Source: a virus
DNA: 64,000 bases
Virus record (IMG/VR): IMGVR_UViG_3300045988_101018
Coordinates: 61,635 to 125,634 of that record
Direction: 5' to 3' (one strand)
A program made the position numbers and the translations under genes. This document shows, piece by piece, positions 30,229 through 40,367 of the stretch (position 1 is its first letter; every line of letters starts with the position of its first letter). The notes under the pieces were generated by a model, which made no database searches, was not told the origin of the DNA, and worked only from the letters and a program-made list of their open reading frames with translations.

Positions 30229-31716
30229 TTAATAATCTACTGCTACAGTTGTATATCCAATGTCTTCATATCTATTGATTGAGAAGTCCGCTTCACTAAC
30301 AATCTGAATATCGCTTTGACCAAAACGATTCTTACTTAAAAAAGTAATCATATAATGTTCGCCTTTTTCAAGTTTAAATGGAATGGTCGTAGCACTATTC
30401 TCTGTTGGCTTCTTCCAGCAATATAGTTCTTCTTTTTCATCTTTGAACTCAGATGGTAGCGGCCTTCTAAAGAACATATTAACACTGAATACATCAAGAA
30501 TGCCCTTTGACACGCCAATATCGGCATTAGTAAGGTATTTACTCTTATTCTTTACAAGCTGATATGTGATAATCATGCACGTATTGGTATGCTTAATGCG
30601 GTCATAAAAATCAACACAGTCAGTCATTAACGATTTCCACGACTCTTGATTACGAGAGTCATAACTTTCTTTCAGTGTATCAAGAACTATAACGTCAATA
30701 CCCATCCTTGTATATTTCTTAATAAGCTTGATTACCGTCCTTGCAGTATATTGCTCAAGAGGAATAATTGTAATGTTGTGATTGTCTTTCTGACTTTCAA
30801 ACCATTCAGATGCTTTATAAAGAGCTTCTTTTGTTTCTTTGTCAAAACCACCATCACGAAGAACACGCTTCTGAACTGGATGTTTTAATACATTTGTACA
30901 ATACCAGACAAGCGCTTCTTTTTTAAACTTGTTTTGATCTTCCTCATTGATAATAAATAAAGCCTTAAGATTATATTTTATCATAGAAGGAAAAACATAA
31001 TTAATGCTCAAGGTACTCTTACCAACGCCGCTACTGGCACCCATGCCAATGATATTTCCTCCTAGCATACCACCAGTTTCCTTGTTAAGAATTGAACAAT
31101 TTGCAAACGGAATGCCAACATTCATTCCCTCATCAAGCTCATCAACAAGCTCTCGCATACCTTCAAAGCCATTATATGATTTAACATTGTTGTCAATGTT
31201 AGCAAAAATATCATTAAGATATACCGTATATTCAGCATAAATCTCGTCTGCTGACATATCACATAATTCGCTAATACGTTTTTTATCACAAGGGAATCCG
31301 CACTTAATAAGCTTGATTACAACATTCCACTTTCTAAGATCAGTTACATAACCATCAAAGTTTCCAGTATCGATATATGCATCAGAATCTTCAATAGTTT
31401 GATAGCCGCCATATTCATCGTATTTCTTAGAGAGCTTTGGATGTTTCTCAAGATAAAGAGCCACCGTAACATCGGTAAGAACGGTCTTCTTTTCGTTGAT
31501 AATTAGGTCACGAGCAATCTCAAAATATACGCGCCATGCATTATTGTGAAACTCATTAATATCTAGATTGCTTTCAATAAGAAAATCTGGTTGCTTATAA
31601 ATCATTGGCACAATGGATGCTTCTGCACCAAGTTTATATTCTAGAACCTGCTCAGCAGCTTTCTTTTGTTGTTGCTCAAATGGGCTTAACTTAGTGTTTT
31701 TTTCTGCCATGCACAC
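30229..31716 (-). CDS. replicative DNA helicase, DnaB family
   Basis: 495 aa; Walker A GMGASSGVGKST in C-terminal RecA-like domain; DnaB-like N-terminal domain. Confidence 0.8.
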   Translation of the reverse strand: MCMAEKNTKLSPFEQQQKKAAEQVLEYKLGAEASIVPMIYKQPDFLIESNLDINEFHNNAWRVYFEIARDLIINEKKTVLTDVTVALYLEKHPKLSKKYDEYGGYQTIEDSDAYIDTGNFDGYVTDLRKWNVVIKLIKCGFPCDKKRISELCDMSADEIYAEYTVYLNDIFANIDNNVKSYNGFEGMRELVDELDEGMNVGIPFANCSILNKETGGMLGGNIIGMGASSGVGKSTLSINYVFPSMIKYNLKALFIINEEDQNKFKKEALVWYCTNVLKHPVQKRVLRDGGFDKETKEALYKASEWFESQKDNHNITIIPLEQYTARTVIKLIKKYTRMGIDVIVLDTLKESYDSRNQESWKSLMTDCVDFYDRIKHTNTCMIITYQLVKNKSKYLTNADIGVSKGILDVFSVNMFFRRPLPSEFKDEKEELYCWKKPTENSATTIPFKLEKGEHYMITFLSKNRFGQSDIQIVSEADFSINRYEDIGYTTVAVDY

Positions 31717-31726
31717 ACCACCTTTA

Positions 31727-32197
31727 TTACCACAAGTCAGAAAACTTATCTGTCTTTACAGTTTGTTTCTTAGGTTTATATTGTACATCTTTATATGCTG
31801 GTTCAATAGCAGAAGTTTTAATCGCTTCTTCTTTTGCTTTCTCTACATTCTTCATGCGCATATACACTGTATTGATATTGTTCTCTACAATTCTCATAAT
31901 ATAGTTAAACTTACCGCATGTATCCTTAAAAGCAATACGCCCAACAGCACGTTGAATATCTGGCATACAATACTTAAATGTATTTAAAATAAGTTTATAA
32001 GAGTAATGCGCCTTGTCTTTAATCTTTTTATTTGCAATAGTCTTACCGTCAGCAAGACCTTTTAGTCTTAATACGATATAAGGCTCTAACGATTGGTTCT
32101 TATCGTAGCCCATTACTTTTGAACGCACATACTCATAAAGCTCGTCCCAATCTGCAAGCTCTTGCTCTGTCATTTTTTTCTTAGATGTCTTAGCCAC
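31727..32197 (-). CDS. hypothetical protein (between helicase and recombination genes)
   Basis: 156 aa ORF. Confidence 0.5.
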   Translation of the reverse strand: MAKTSKKKMTEQELADWDELYEYVRSKVMGYDKNQSLEPYIVLRLKGLADGKTIANKKIKDKAHYSYKLILNTFKYCMPDIQRAVGRIAFKDTCGKFNYIMRIVENNINTVYMRMKNVEKAKEEAIKTSAIEPAYKDVQYKPKKQTVKTDKFSDLW

Positions 32198-32261
32198 GGC
32201 GGAACCTCCTTATACAAAACTGCCCACGACTGTTATGTCATGGGCAGAACATTCAAGTCAA

Positions 32262-32690
32262 TTAATTATCTAGCAAATTCAAGTCGATATACTTGTCTTT
32301 CCAATAAACAAAGTCTTTCCACTTTACATGCGGAATATTTTCGCCAGACCAGTTTGCAAAGCTCTGCCACTCTTTATTGCTCTTGTTGTAAGTTAAACCG
32401 ATACAAAAACCGAATGTACCAACTCGAATATTTGGGAAAATCTTTGCAATCTCATCAGTTTCCTGAAAGCTGTTCAGCTTGCCGCAAATAGGACAATAAC
32501 TTACATAAGTATCAGTCCATTTGCCAGCCACCTTATCATACGACTGAATAATTAAATTCTTATATTCATGTTTATGATTAGACTTCTTAGGCTTTTGCTT
32601 CTTCGTCTTCTTTAATGGCTCATTGGAAGCATCGTCTGAAATATACTCATACTTGTTTTTCAGGAACTCTTGTTTAAGGTCGGAAGACAT
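32262..32690 (-). CDS. hypothetical protein (start trimmed to MSSDLKQEF after GGAG RBS)
   Basis: ORF-track N-terminal extension overlaps neighbouring small gene in another frame. Confidence 0.45.
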   Translation of the reverse strand: MSSDLKQEFLKNKYEYISDDASNEPLKKTKKQKPKKSNHKHEYKNLIIQSYDKVAGKWTDTYVSYCPICGKLNSFQETDEIAKIFPNIRVGTFGFCIGLTYNKSNKEWQSFANWSGENIPHVKWKDFVYWKDKYIDLNLLDN

Positions 32691-32730
32691 ATAGGCTCCT
32701 TTCGCTGAAGTAACATTCCATGAAGATATG

Positions 32731-32871
32731 CTAGGAAAGAATAATGCCGTTCTTAGCCTTATTAATCTTACGGCGTAGCTTGCGCATAATGCCAACATTC
32801 TCGGAGTTCTTACCCTTGCGGTTGAGTAGCATCTGATAACGCTGCTCCATGACCTCAATAGACTGTGCCAT
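32731..32871 (-). CDS. small basic protein (~46 aa, MAQSIEVMEQRYQMLLNRKGK...)
   Basis: below ORF cutoff; RBS AAAGAAAGG 7 nt upstream of ATG. Confidence 0.4.
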   Translation of the reverse strand: MAQSIEVMEQRYQMLLNRKGKNSENVGIMRKLRRKINKAKNGIILS

Positions 32872-32952
32872 AATCAAACCTTTCTTTAGTACGTACAACC
32901 ATGCTACATTTTTCTATATTTTGTAGCACGGTTGTACATTATATCAGAATTA

Positions 32953-34107
32953 CTAAGAAATTAGAGCGAGAATCTTGTTTGCGTCCTCGATATTGTCAAT
33001 AGACTTGGGGTTGTCATACCCAAGATTCTTGACGGCTGCAAGAACTGGCTTAATCTTTGCAATGTCAGACTTGTTCTCAGTAAAGAAATCAACAATCTGA
33101 GCAACTACATCATCCACAGCAGCCTGAGACTTAGCCTGCTCTTCCTGCTCGGCAACGCGCTTCTCAAGCTCCTTCTCCTGCTTAGCCTGCTTCTTCTTAG
33201 CTGTATCAAGTGACACGCCAGACTTAGACTGCTCAGACTTGATTGCGTCTGTAAGCGCCTGAATAAATGCATCTGCATTCATATCAATCTCTGGAATGAT
33301 ATTAGCAAAACGAGAACCAGAATCAACAGCGTAGTTATCGTCACGGAACTTAATCTTGCGCGACTCTGACGCGACCTTGTTTACAGTCTCGTCCTTCTTT
33401 GTCACAGCGTTCTTGCGCCCAGTCTTCTCCTTGATAACATCACGGTCAATGTATGCTAGACCAAGGAAGTGTAGATTCTTCTTAAGCGCGTTAAAATAAT
33501 TCTGCTGCTGATCTGAAGTAAGAATCTGATAAGACTCACCAGAGACTACATCAGAAATCTCTTTCGTCTTAACATGCCCGATGATAATAGAAGCAACTCC
33601 AACATTACGAAGTCGAGCCATCATATCAAACATAATCTCAATGGCCTTTTTCTCACCGCGACCATAGCCAGACCACGCCTGATTAATGCTCTTTACACAC
33701 TTCTCGGCATGTCCGCTATTGCGGCACTCCTTGTTCCACATATCGATTGACTTCTGTTCCGCAATGTCAATCAGGTGGTCATATGTATCGAAAATTACCG
33801 CCTTAAGATTGGGATACTCGCTAGTCTTATTCTCGATAATATCCTCACAAACATCAGCTAGACCAGCGCTGTTTGTAAGCTCATCATAATCCATATCCCA
33901 CTCAGGACAGTTAATATAGTTAATTCCCTGAATGGCATCGGCTCCTCGCTCAGTGCCACATTCTAGGAACAGATAGCCGTCATCGCCTGCAAGCTTCTCA
34001 CAAACCTCTTTCATAAGGGTAGTCTTACCAACTTTAGACTCGCCAAGAAGACAAATGTTATATGCAAGAGGGTCTAAACGCACATTATTTTTTTTACCAA
34101 ACGCCAT
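32953..34107 (-). CDS. AAA_24-like phage ATPase (Walker A LLGESKVGKTT), replication/recombination module
   Basis: 384 aa; P-loop near N-terminus; Lys/Glu-rich C-terminal coiled region. Confidence 0.6.
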   Translation of the reverse strand: MAFGKKNNVRLDPLAYNICLLGESKVGKTTLMKEVCEKLAGDDGYLFLECGTERGADAIQGINYINCPEWDMDYDELTNSAGLADVCEDIIENKTSEYPNLKAVIFDTYDHLIDIAEQKSIDMWNKECRNSGHAEKCVKSINQAWSGYGRGEKKAIEIMFDMMARLRNVGVASIIIGHVKTKEISDVVSGESYQILTSDQQQNYFNALKKNLHFLGLAYIDRDVIKEKTGRKNAVTKKDETVNKVASESRKIKFRDDNYAVDSGSRFANIIPEIDMNADAFIQALTDAIKSEQSKSGVSLDTAKKKQAKQEKELEKRVAEQEEQAKSQAAVDDVVAQIVDFFTENKSDIAKIKPVLAAVKNLGYDNPKSIDNIEDANKILALIS

Positions 34108-34143
34108 ATGTATTCACCTTTCTAAGATGTTAATTGAGAATGA

Positions 34144-34172
34144 GCGGGAGAGTTCAAACTTATCTCTCCCGC
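34144..34172 (-). promoter_or_regulatory. 9-bp perfect hairpin (GCGGGAGAG...CTCTCCCGC) in the 5' UTR of the ATPase gene, immediately downstream of early motif copy
   Basis: read directly; no U-run so not a canonical terminator. Confidence 0.4.
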
Positions 34173-34191
34173 ATATAACCTTAATAGTATA
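34171..34191 (-). promoter_or_regulatory. early motif copy 4 (TATACTATTAAGGTTATATGC) upstream of AAA ATPase gene
   Basis: read directly; followed by 5' UTR hairpin. Confidence 0.45.
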
Positions 34192-34197
34192 TATTGT

Positions 34198-35346
34198 TTA
34201 CAGGGAATCAAGCCAAGACATGTCCGAGTCATCTGAAGACTTCTCATCAGTATCAAATGGCGCATCCTCATCGCTACCAGTGTTAATTACAAGCTCATCC
34301 TCTTCATACTTATCATCAAAGATTTGGACAACAGGAGTCTTGTCATCGCCAACAAGCTTAATCACTGGCTTCTGAAGAATCATACGGCGCTCACGAGAGC
34401 CGCTTGCACTACACTTGGCAAGTGCTTCCTCCTCAGAATAAATACCCGCATCAATTAGATCCTTGATATCATCGGGAACATCATCCATTGTTGCGGTAAC
34501 AGTAGCTCCGCCCTCAACAAAGATACCATCAAATGTTACCTGACGAACATTCTTCTTAATCTTAAAGAGCTTATCATAAACCTTCTTGCAAAGCTCAGGC
34601 TTAGTGAAGTCCATTGGAAACTCGAACTGCTCTGTGAACGGATACTGACCATTAATCTCAGTACCGTTAAGCTCACTCACATAATCAAGAACACGAGCAT
34701 TCACATACATAACGCCCTTGTCCTTGTCAACATCCTTAAGGCTTGCAGAATCCTTATCAAGAAGAACAGACTGAGTGAATCGAGCATAGTACTTAGAAGG
34801 CTCATCTGCGCTGCTAAGAACAATGCTCTGAATAGTCTTACGAACCTGAACGGTATCATTGTACATACTGTACTGCAAACGACCCTTGACGTTTACGACC
34901 ATGCCGTCCTCAAGATGCTCCTGAGCATAGGCAATGGCATCATACTCGCTAAGAAAGTTCTTATAATAAGTCTTTCCAGTCGTAGTCTTCTCAAGACCGA
35001 CAACGATGAACGAAAGGTCGCCAACCTCATCTAGAATCGTATCATCAAAGCGGTCTTCCCAAGCAACAGTCATCTGCTTAGAGAAGTCATCATTGCCGTT
35101 ATCGTCCTTGCCGTGGGCATAGATAATGTTCTCGCGGTCTGGGGAATATCCACCAAACATCTCGGCGCGTACAGTACCATACTTCTCACCGCAGTCAATG
35201 TTAAGGCTCATAGAATTATAAACCCAAGAACTACGCTCACTCTGCTTGTCGATAGTAAAAGTATAATCATTTACCTTTACAGCGCCAACTAGAACAAAGT
35301 TTGACTTCCAGTCAGTCTTCTTAATGCCACTCTTCTCATTTGCCAT
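34198..35346 (-). CDS. putative ssDNA-binding / annealing protein with acidic C-terminal tail (DUF2815-like N-terminus?)
   Basis: 382 aa; acidic tail ...DEDAPFDTDEKSSDDSDMSWLDSL; genomic context with AAA_24 ATPase and PD-(D/E)XK nuclease. Confidence 0.4.
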   Translation of the reverse strand: MANEKSGIKKTDWKSNFVLVGAVKVNDYTFTIDKQSERSSWVYNSMSLNIDCGEKYGTVRAEMFGGYSPDRENIIYAHGKDDNGNDDFSKQMTVAWEDRFDDTILDEVGDLSFIVVGLEKTTTGKTYYKNFLSEYDAIAYAQEHLEDGMVVNVKGRLQYSMYNDTVQVRKTIQSIVLSSADEPSKYYARFTQSVLLDKDSASLKDVDKDKGVMYVNARVLDYVSELNGTEINGQYPFTEQFEFPMDFTKPELCKKVYDKLFKIKKNVRQVTFDGIFVEGGATVTATMDDVPDDIKDLIDAGIYSEEEALAKCSASGSRERRMILQKPVIKLVGDDKTPVVQIFDDKYEEDELVINTGSDEDAPFDTDEKSSDDSDMSWLDSL

Positions 35347-35372
35347 CTAAGATACCTCCGTATATTTATTAA

Positions 35373-35396
35373 GGCATATAACATTAGTTATTATAT
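35373..35396 (-). promoter_or_regulatory. early motif copy 5 (GATATAATAACTAATGTTATATGC) upstream of SSB-like gene, adjacent to ACTAATGTA iterons
   Basis: read directly. Confidence 0.5.
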
Positions 35397-35435
35397 CATA
35401 AGTACAAACTAATCTAGCAGATAATCTAAAAATTT

Positions 35436-35469
35436 TTTACATTAGTCTACATTAGTTTTACATTAGTTT
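35436..35469. repeat. three direct repeats TACATTAGT(C/T)T (iterons) sharing the CTAATGT core of the early motif
   Basis: ttacattagtctacattagttttacattagttta read directly. Confidence 0.5.
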
Positions 35470-35470
35470 A

Positions 35471-35908
35471 TTACGCCATCAAATGCTGACATGCAACATA
35501 GTCGATAAGCTCGTCAAATGTATCGCACATGCGCGTTGTACACTCAATCAACCAAGGATGCAGCTCAACGTTATCTTCGTTCAATCCAGCAACGGGAATA
35601 CGATTCTCCTTGGCGATAGCAAGCTCCATAGCAGTACCGATTGACGAAGGCGAGTTGAAGTTTACAATAACCAAGTCAGACCTGCGGACATTATAAGTCT
35701 CAAGCTCAAACACTTCGCGTTCACTCTTATGAAGTTCTTCCTCTAAAGTGTAGTGCATCAAAGGATTGAAGAACACGGGCATATAATCATACCTATAAAA
35801 ATCAATGCTCTCAAGAATCTTAGTGCGCACGTCCTTATGCCATTGCCACTGCTCATCACGACTAAGCCCACTCATGCCACCAGCAAGATAAAGCAACTTA
35901 TTTTCCAT
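35471..35908 (-). CDS. nucleoside 2-deoxyribosyltransferase
   Basis: 145 aa; LYLAGGM and SIGTAMELAIA motifs of the NDT family. Confidence 0.8.
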   Translation of the reverse strand: MENKLLYLAGGMSGLSRDEQWQWHKDVRTKILESIDFYRYDYMPVFFNPLMHYTLEEELHKSEREVFELETYNVRRSDLVIVNFNSPSSIGTAMELAIAKENRIPVAGLNEDNVELHPWLIECTTRMCDTFDELIDYVACQHLMA

Positions 35909-36170
35909 TTACACCATCCTTAACAATCTTAAACATATCGGCGATATCATCCATCAAATCATAACGCTCGGTAGACACAGAACTCTTAGCGAACTGTCGA
36001 TTAACAGCATCTACATACATAGTGCAGACATAGATTGAAAAAACACAGGCACTACTTCACTTCCCACCTAAAATCACCAAGCTCACGTTCGACTTCTTTT
36101 CTCCAAGCCCAACGTTGCTTGTTGGCGATGCCGTTCCTGCCACCTGATAAGAGAATCTTGAATTTATCCA

Positions 36171-36917
36171 TTAGGCAACACCTCTCACATTATCAGGCAC
36201 ATCCTTCTGGCTGTTGTCATAACTCCACTCGCCAAAATATTTTTCTTCTGCTTCTTTTCGGGCAGACACAGCATCTTCAAAGTCGTTAAATTTTCCTAAA
36301 TGAATGCGTTTATTATCTATTCCGATATACGCTTCCCATTTATCACTTTTCTTATTGAAAGATACACCAGTAACACCAGAGGTATTGGTTTGCAACAACA
36401 CTCTGTTCATAGCATTTTGATTTGGTGTTGCGATTCTAAGATTAGATTTCCTATTATCGAACCTTGATTTTTCTCCATGTTTGTGATCGATATATACCTC
36501 TGTGTTATCGCATTCCATAATAATTCTATGTAACAACACTCTATTTCTATTCTTTGGATTATATGCCGAAACATATCCCTTATTGGTAATAGTCCAACAA
36601 TAATCCTTTATTTTATCATAATCCTCTAAATCAAACCAAAATTCATTCCCATTTGATGTATAACCAATTCCATATTCGCCAGATAAATCATATGTATTAT
36701 ACTTTTTTCTTGCTTTTGCAAATGCTTCATCATGTAAACATCCGCACGATTGTGTATTTCCCGATGTTAACATATACCCAAGCACAGTTGCATAATTACC
36801 ACAATCACATTTACACAACCATTGCGACCTTTTCTGTCCACTTGGAAGAATACGATTCTCGACTCGTTTTATTATTGTTAGTCTACCAAATCTTTTTCCA
36901 TTTAAATCTAATGCCAT
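36171..36917 (-). CDS. free-standing HNH homing endonuclease with AP2 DNA-binding domain
   Basis: 248 aa; IDHKHGEKSRFDNRKSNLRIATPNQN HNH motif; C-terminal GVSFNKKSDKWEAYIGIDNKRIHLGKFNDFEDA AP2-like. Confidence 0.8.
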   Translation of the reverse strand: MALDLNGKRFGRLTIIKRVENRILPSGQKRSQWLCKCDCGNYATVLGYMLTSGNTQSCGCLHDEAFAKARKKYNTYDLSGEYGIGYTSNGNEFWFDLEDYDKIKDYCWTITNKGYVSAYNPKNRNRVLLHRIIMECDNTEVYIDHKHGEKSRFDNRKSNLRIATPNQNAMNRVLLQTNTSGVTGVSFNKKSDKWEAYIGIDNKRIHLGKFNDFEDAVSARKEAEEKYFGEWSYDNSQKDVPDNVRGVA

Positions 36918-37807
36918 TATTCATTTACTTTCTTAAACATGTCCGCAATATCGTCCGTTATTGGGAATCGCTCTACAGATACGGAACTTTTTGCAAATTC
37001 TCGTTTAACACTATCTACGTATAAAGAAAATTTACCATCATCACCCATATAAAATTCTTTATAGTCTTTATCACTCATAAGGCGCTTAGGTTCAAGCTGC
37101 TTAATTGCAAGGTTATCAAAACTAATGCACTTAAACCAACCATCGTTCACAATCTTAGGTAGCATATCATAGAACTGGGATTTTAGATAATCAATTTGGC
37201 TACCGCACTCATCATATAGGGTTTTGCCACGCCTAAAATCCTTATATCCAAGAATGAGAATCTTCAAATCATTATTGGCAAGGGCTTCTAGACCGTCCAT
37301 ATGCACAATACCGTTAATAACATGAACAACAGCATTTGGAAATTGCTTGATTGCTTCAATGCAATTGCTATGACGGCCACCGATATATGAGATACCAAGA
37401 CCATAGATTAACTTATTATCAGTAAGCTCTTTTAGCAAATCAATATTCTGCATAAAGTGCATTTGATTCACCGTCATACTTGCGATAATCTTACGCTCTT
37501 TAAGATGCTCAAGAAACTCAATCAGGTCTGGATGGGTCAAAGGATTACCGCCACCGATTGCAACCTCGCTATAGGGAAACATGGTATCGATAAACGGAAG
37601 GTTCAGAATATCGCCATGCTTCCCATCTGGCGTTGAGTTCTCGTGGCACATGTTACACGCCATATCGCACCTGTTAGTAATCTTAAGGTCGATTGACTCA
37701 GGCTTGATTGGGTTAAATGAATCCTTATCATTCCACCTAATTTTAGTACCGTCTGAGAACATGGTACAGGTATAGTCGTTGTTCTTATAACTGCCAAGAA
37801 TCTTCAT
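36917..37807 (-). CDS. radical SAM domain protein (CDMACNMC cluster), function unknown
   Basis: 296 aa; CxxxCxxC near N-terminus; glycine-rich SAM-binding-like GGGNPL. Confidence 0.65.
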   Translation of the reverse strand: MKILGSYKNNDYTCTMFSDGTKIRWNDKDSFNPIKPESIDLKITNRCDMACNMCHENSTPDGKHGDILNLPFIDTMFPYSEVAIGGGNPLTHPDLIEFLEHLKERKIIASMTVNQMHFMQNIDLLKELTDNKLIYGLGISYIGGRHSNCIEAIKQFPNAVVHVINGIVHMDGLEALANNDLKILILGYKDFRRGKTLYDECGSQIDYLKSQFYDMLPKIVNDGWFKCISFDNLAIKQLEPKRLMSDKDYKEFYMGDDGKFSLYVDSVKREFAKSSVSVERFPITDDIADMFKKVNE

Positions 37808-37815
37808 TACTTCTC

Positions 37816-38288
37816 CTAGCGATATCCATATGCTCCGAATGCAATCATATCATCACCAGACGGAGTTGTAAAGGATGTCTCATACTGCTCTAGTTCGTCA
37901 TTATATCTACACCAATCATCATATGTATAGATACCTAGGTCGTACAGTCTTGAATCCTCGCGGCTAGACTCTACCTCTTCGTCATCGCTATACTCCAACA
38001 TGTCAACATCGACAGGAGTATACCATTGCTCATCTTTATACTTCTCTTCATAATACTTTGCGTACTTTTCGATAGCCTGCTTCACTGCTTCTTTATCATA
38101 GATTCCGCTTCCAACACCATCAGCAAAACAACGATTAAAAGAATAGCCATATCCATCTCCATCAACAAAATAATATTCACCATGATTACTCGAAACCCAT
38201 TTATTAAAATCGTCTTTCGTCATAATACATAGTGAGTGCGTTGAACTTGAATTAGTCTCGAACACACCAGCGCGAATCTGAATCATTA
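37816..38288 (-). CDS. hypothetical protein, paralog family MIQIR(A/N)GVFETNSSSTHS
   Basis: start trimmed to internal MIQIRAGVFE; tandem paralog of next gene. Confidence 0.45.
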
Positions 38289-38296
38289 TATAACAC

Positions 38297-38878
38297 CTAG
38301 TTTCCCTTATAGAAGTATTCGTATTTCTCTTCATCATGATTGGGGTTTGGCTCTTCCCAGCCGTTGTGCCAATCCGTATCCCACTTCCAGATAGTAGGCT
38401 CTGCGGCATTGCACATCATGCCACCCTCGTCATTGTCATTGCCAGTATACACATGACTATCGCTAAAGAGATAGCGAATCAGCATATCGTCATTGTCAAG
38501 CACTGCATGTACGAACTCATATGTATCATATCCGTGGTCGATATAGCCAACATCAAGCTCGTCCCATTCATTTCCATCACCATAATCATAGTGAACTGTC
38601 TTGGGCTTTTCAAACGTATAGGTGATACCATGAGCATCGAGAATATCCTTTAGCTTATCGAGAAGCCCGTCTTTGCCACTACGGTCAAGCTCATAGATTG
38701 CCGTGTATAGATAATCCGCTACATCGGCATCTCCATTCTCCCAGCCAAACTCTCCAAAATGAAAGTCAACATGGCAACCATCTGCATCAACAGGTTTCTT
38801 GGAGATACAAATGCTGTGCGTACTTGAGCTATTAGTCTCAAATACTCCATTGCGAATCTGAATCATATCAATCACCAC
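38297..38878 (-). CDS. hypothetical protein, paralog family MIQIRNGVFETNSSSTHS
   Basis: 193 aa; shares N-terminal 20-aa motif with 37816-38288. Confidence 0.5.
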   Translation of the reverse strand: MVIDMIQIRNGVFETNSSSTHSICISKKPVDADGCHVDFHFGEFGWENGDADVADYLYTAIYELDRSGKDGLLDKLKDILDAHGITYTFEKPKTVHYDYGDGNEWDELDVGYIDHGYDTYEFVHAVLDNDDMLIRYLFSDSHVYTGNDNDEGGMMCNAAEPTIWKWDTDWHNGWEEPNPNHDEEKYEYFYKGN

Positions 38879-38880
38879 TC

Positions 38881-39000
38881 ATCCCAAATACCATAGTCTT
38901 CATTCCCATACCTACGAAGTTCATCTTCCTTGTGGGAAATCTTACAGCACGTATATGATACCACAATTACCGCCACCATAACGATTGCAATTACTATCAT
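38881..39000 (-). CDS. small membrane protein (~39 aa, MIVIAIVMVAVIVVSY...)
   Basis: below cutoff; ATGA start/stop overlap with upstream gene. Confidence 0.35.
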
Positions 39001-39413
39001 GCTGCACCCACCTCATTTTTCCAATCAAAATCATCAAATACATTGCCAATGACCTCAATGATTAGATTAATGTCTTCGCCAAAGCTATAATACTTAGAAT
39101 GCTCCCAGTCAAACATGAAATAAGAAGCACGCTCTTCGACATATGCAATTTCGACAGTAATCGTATTGCCATCCTCATGTCCTTCTTCCATGTCAACTGT
39201 ACAGATATCGCCTTCATATAGCTCGACACCATGTTTATCCACAATTCCTAGGCTTTTGTGGAATAAGTACCTATCTTCAGGCAATTCCTTCAATTTTTGC
39301 CATCCGAACACAGCGTTTCCGCAGGTCAGAAGCTTGTTTTCTCCGCATGAAATTAGAATTTTATCGGGGTCTGCCCATTCACGATTTTTTAGATCAAAAA
39401 CCCTATACGACAT
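38997..39413 (-). CDS. hypothetical protein
   Basis: 138 aa ORF. Confidence 0.5.
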   Translation of the reverse strand: MSYRVFDLKNREWADPDKILISCGENKLLTCGNAVFGWQKLKELPEDRYLFHKSLGIVDKHGVELYEGDICTVDMEEGHEDGNTITVEIAYVEERASYFMFDWEHSKYYSFGEDINLIIEVIGNVFDDFDWKNEVGAA

Positions 39414-39425
39414 ATAAAAACTCCT

Positions 39426-40367
39426 TTAGTGTGCGGCCTTATCTGCTTCATGTAGAATCATAACACACTGCATGAAGTAATCGCCCCACAATTTTTTATA
39501 TTTGTTATACATCTTCTCGTTGTTATCCCTCTCCCACACCCAAGGTTTCATGTGATTTGAGATAAGCGCTGAAACAAATAAGGAACTGATGCCAGCAACA
39601 TATGTAAAGAACAGGCTGTCATATGCACCTACATGTTCATGTCCATAATAGTGGGCTATGTCTGTAGTTTCGCCTTTGTTATTCTTAAATGTCTTACAAA
39701 ATGGCTTGCCGCAATCATGGATTAGCGCCGCATCTATTATGGCTCCAATTGAAGCGTGATGGAACCAATCGCTGCCATATAGCCAATACGCAGCCTTCAT
39801 ACAATGCACACCAAGGGTTGACTCGTGGTGCGGATTATCTTGATTATAATTCTTATAACTTAGCGCCCAAGACATTGGAAGTAATGAGCCGTTGCAGCTA
39901 CCTTTCCAATACTCAATGCTAATACAGTCAAAAGATTCATAATGATACGGTGTGTCAAAGCTTTTGTACATACGCTCAATAATATAATCTGGTACACGTC
40001 TGTCTCTGCTCGCATTATTTCTCAGACATTGCTCATATGGAGTAGCGGCGATGATACATTCTTTCCGACAAGGGATGCGTTTCAGCTCTTGCAAAAAAGC
40101 AATGCGTCTTTTAGAGCTTAGATTGCAAGCGTCATAGATAACATTATTACCTTCTTTTAATGCCGTCTTAATACGCTTATGTAGCTCTATAAACAACTCA
40201 TGGTTATGCGTCTGGTCGTTAATATCTCCGTAAAGTTCTTCTCTTAATTCATCTGAGCTGAATATAATATAATTATTTTCTTTGGCTAGATTATAAGCGA
40301 TGGTGGACTTGCCACTTGCAGGCAAACCCACCATCATCACTAGCACTGGCTTTGTGCTAGTCTCCAT
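39426..40367 (-). CDS. polynucleotide kinase (P-loop) fused to HD-domain phosphohydrolase (RNA end-healing enzyme, Pnk-like)
   Basis: 313 aa; N-terminal GLPASGKST Walker A + SSDELRE; C-terminal HD-domain residues H..HD..H..H..D. Confidence 0.7.
   Translation of the reverse strand: METSTKPVLVMMVGLPASGKSTIAYNLAKENNYIIFSSDELREELYGDINDQTHNHELFIELHKRIKTALKEGNNVIYDACNLSSKRRIAFLQELKRIPCRKECIIAATPYEQCLRNNASRDRRVPDYIIERMYKSFDTPYHYESFDCISIEYWKGSCNGSLLPMSWALSYKNYNQDNPHHESTLGVHCMKAAYWLYGSDWFHHASIGAIIDAALIHDCGKPFCKTFKNNKGETTDIAHYYGHEHVGAYDSLFFTYVAGISSLFVSALISNHMKPWVWERDNNEKMYNKYKKLWGDYFMQCVMILHEADKAAH

Noticed and set aside
32880-32950. 16-bp inverted repeat GTACAACCATGCTACA / TGTAGCACGGTTGTAC as a terminator
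   Set aside because: No U-run follows on either strand, so it is more likely a regulatory hairpin or operator than an intrinsic terminator.
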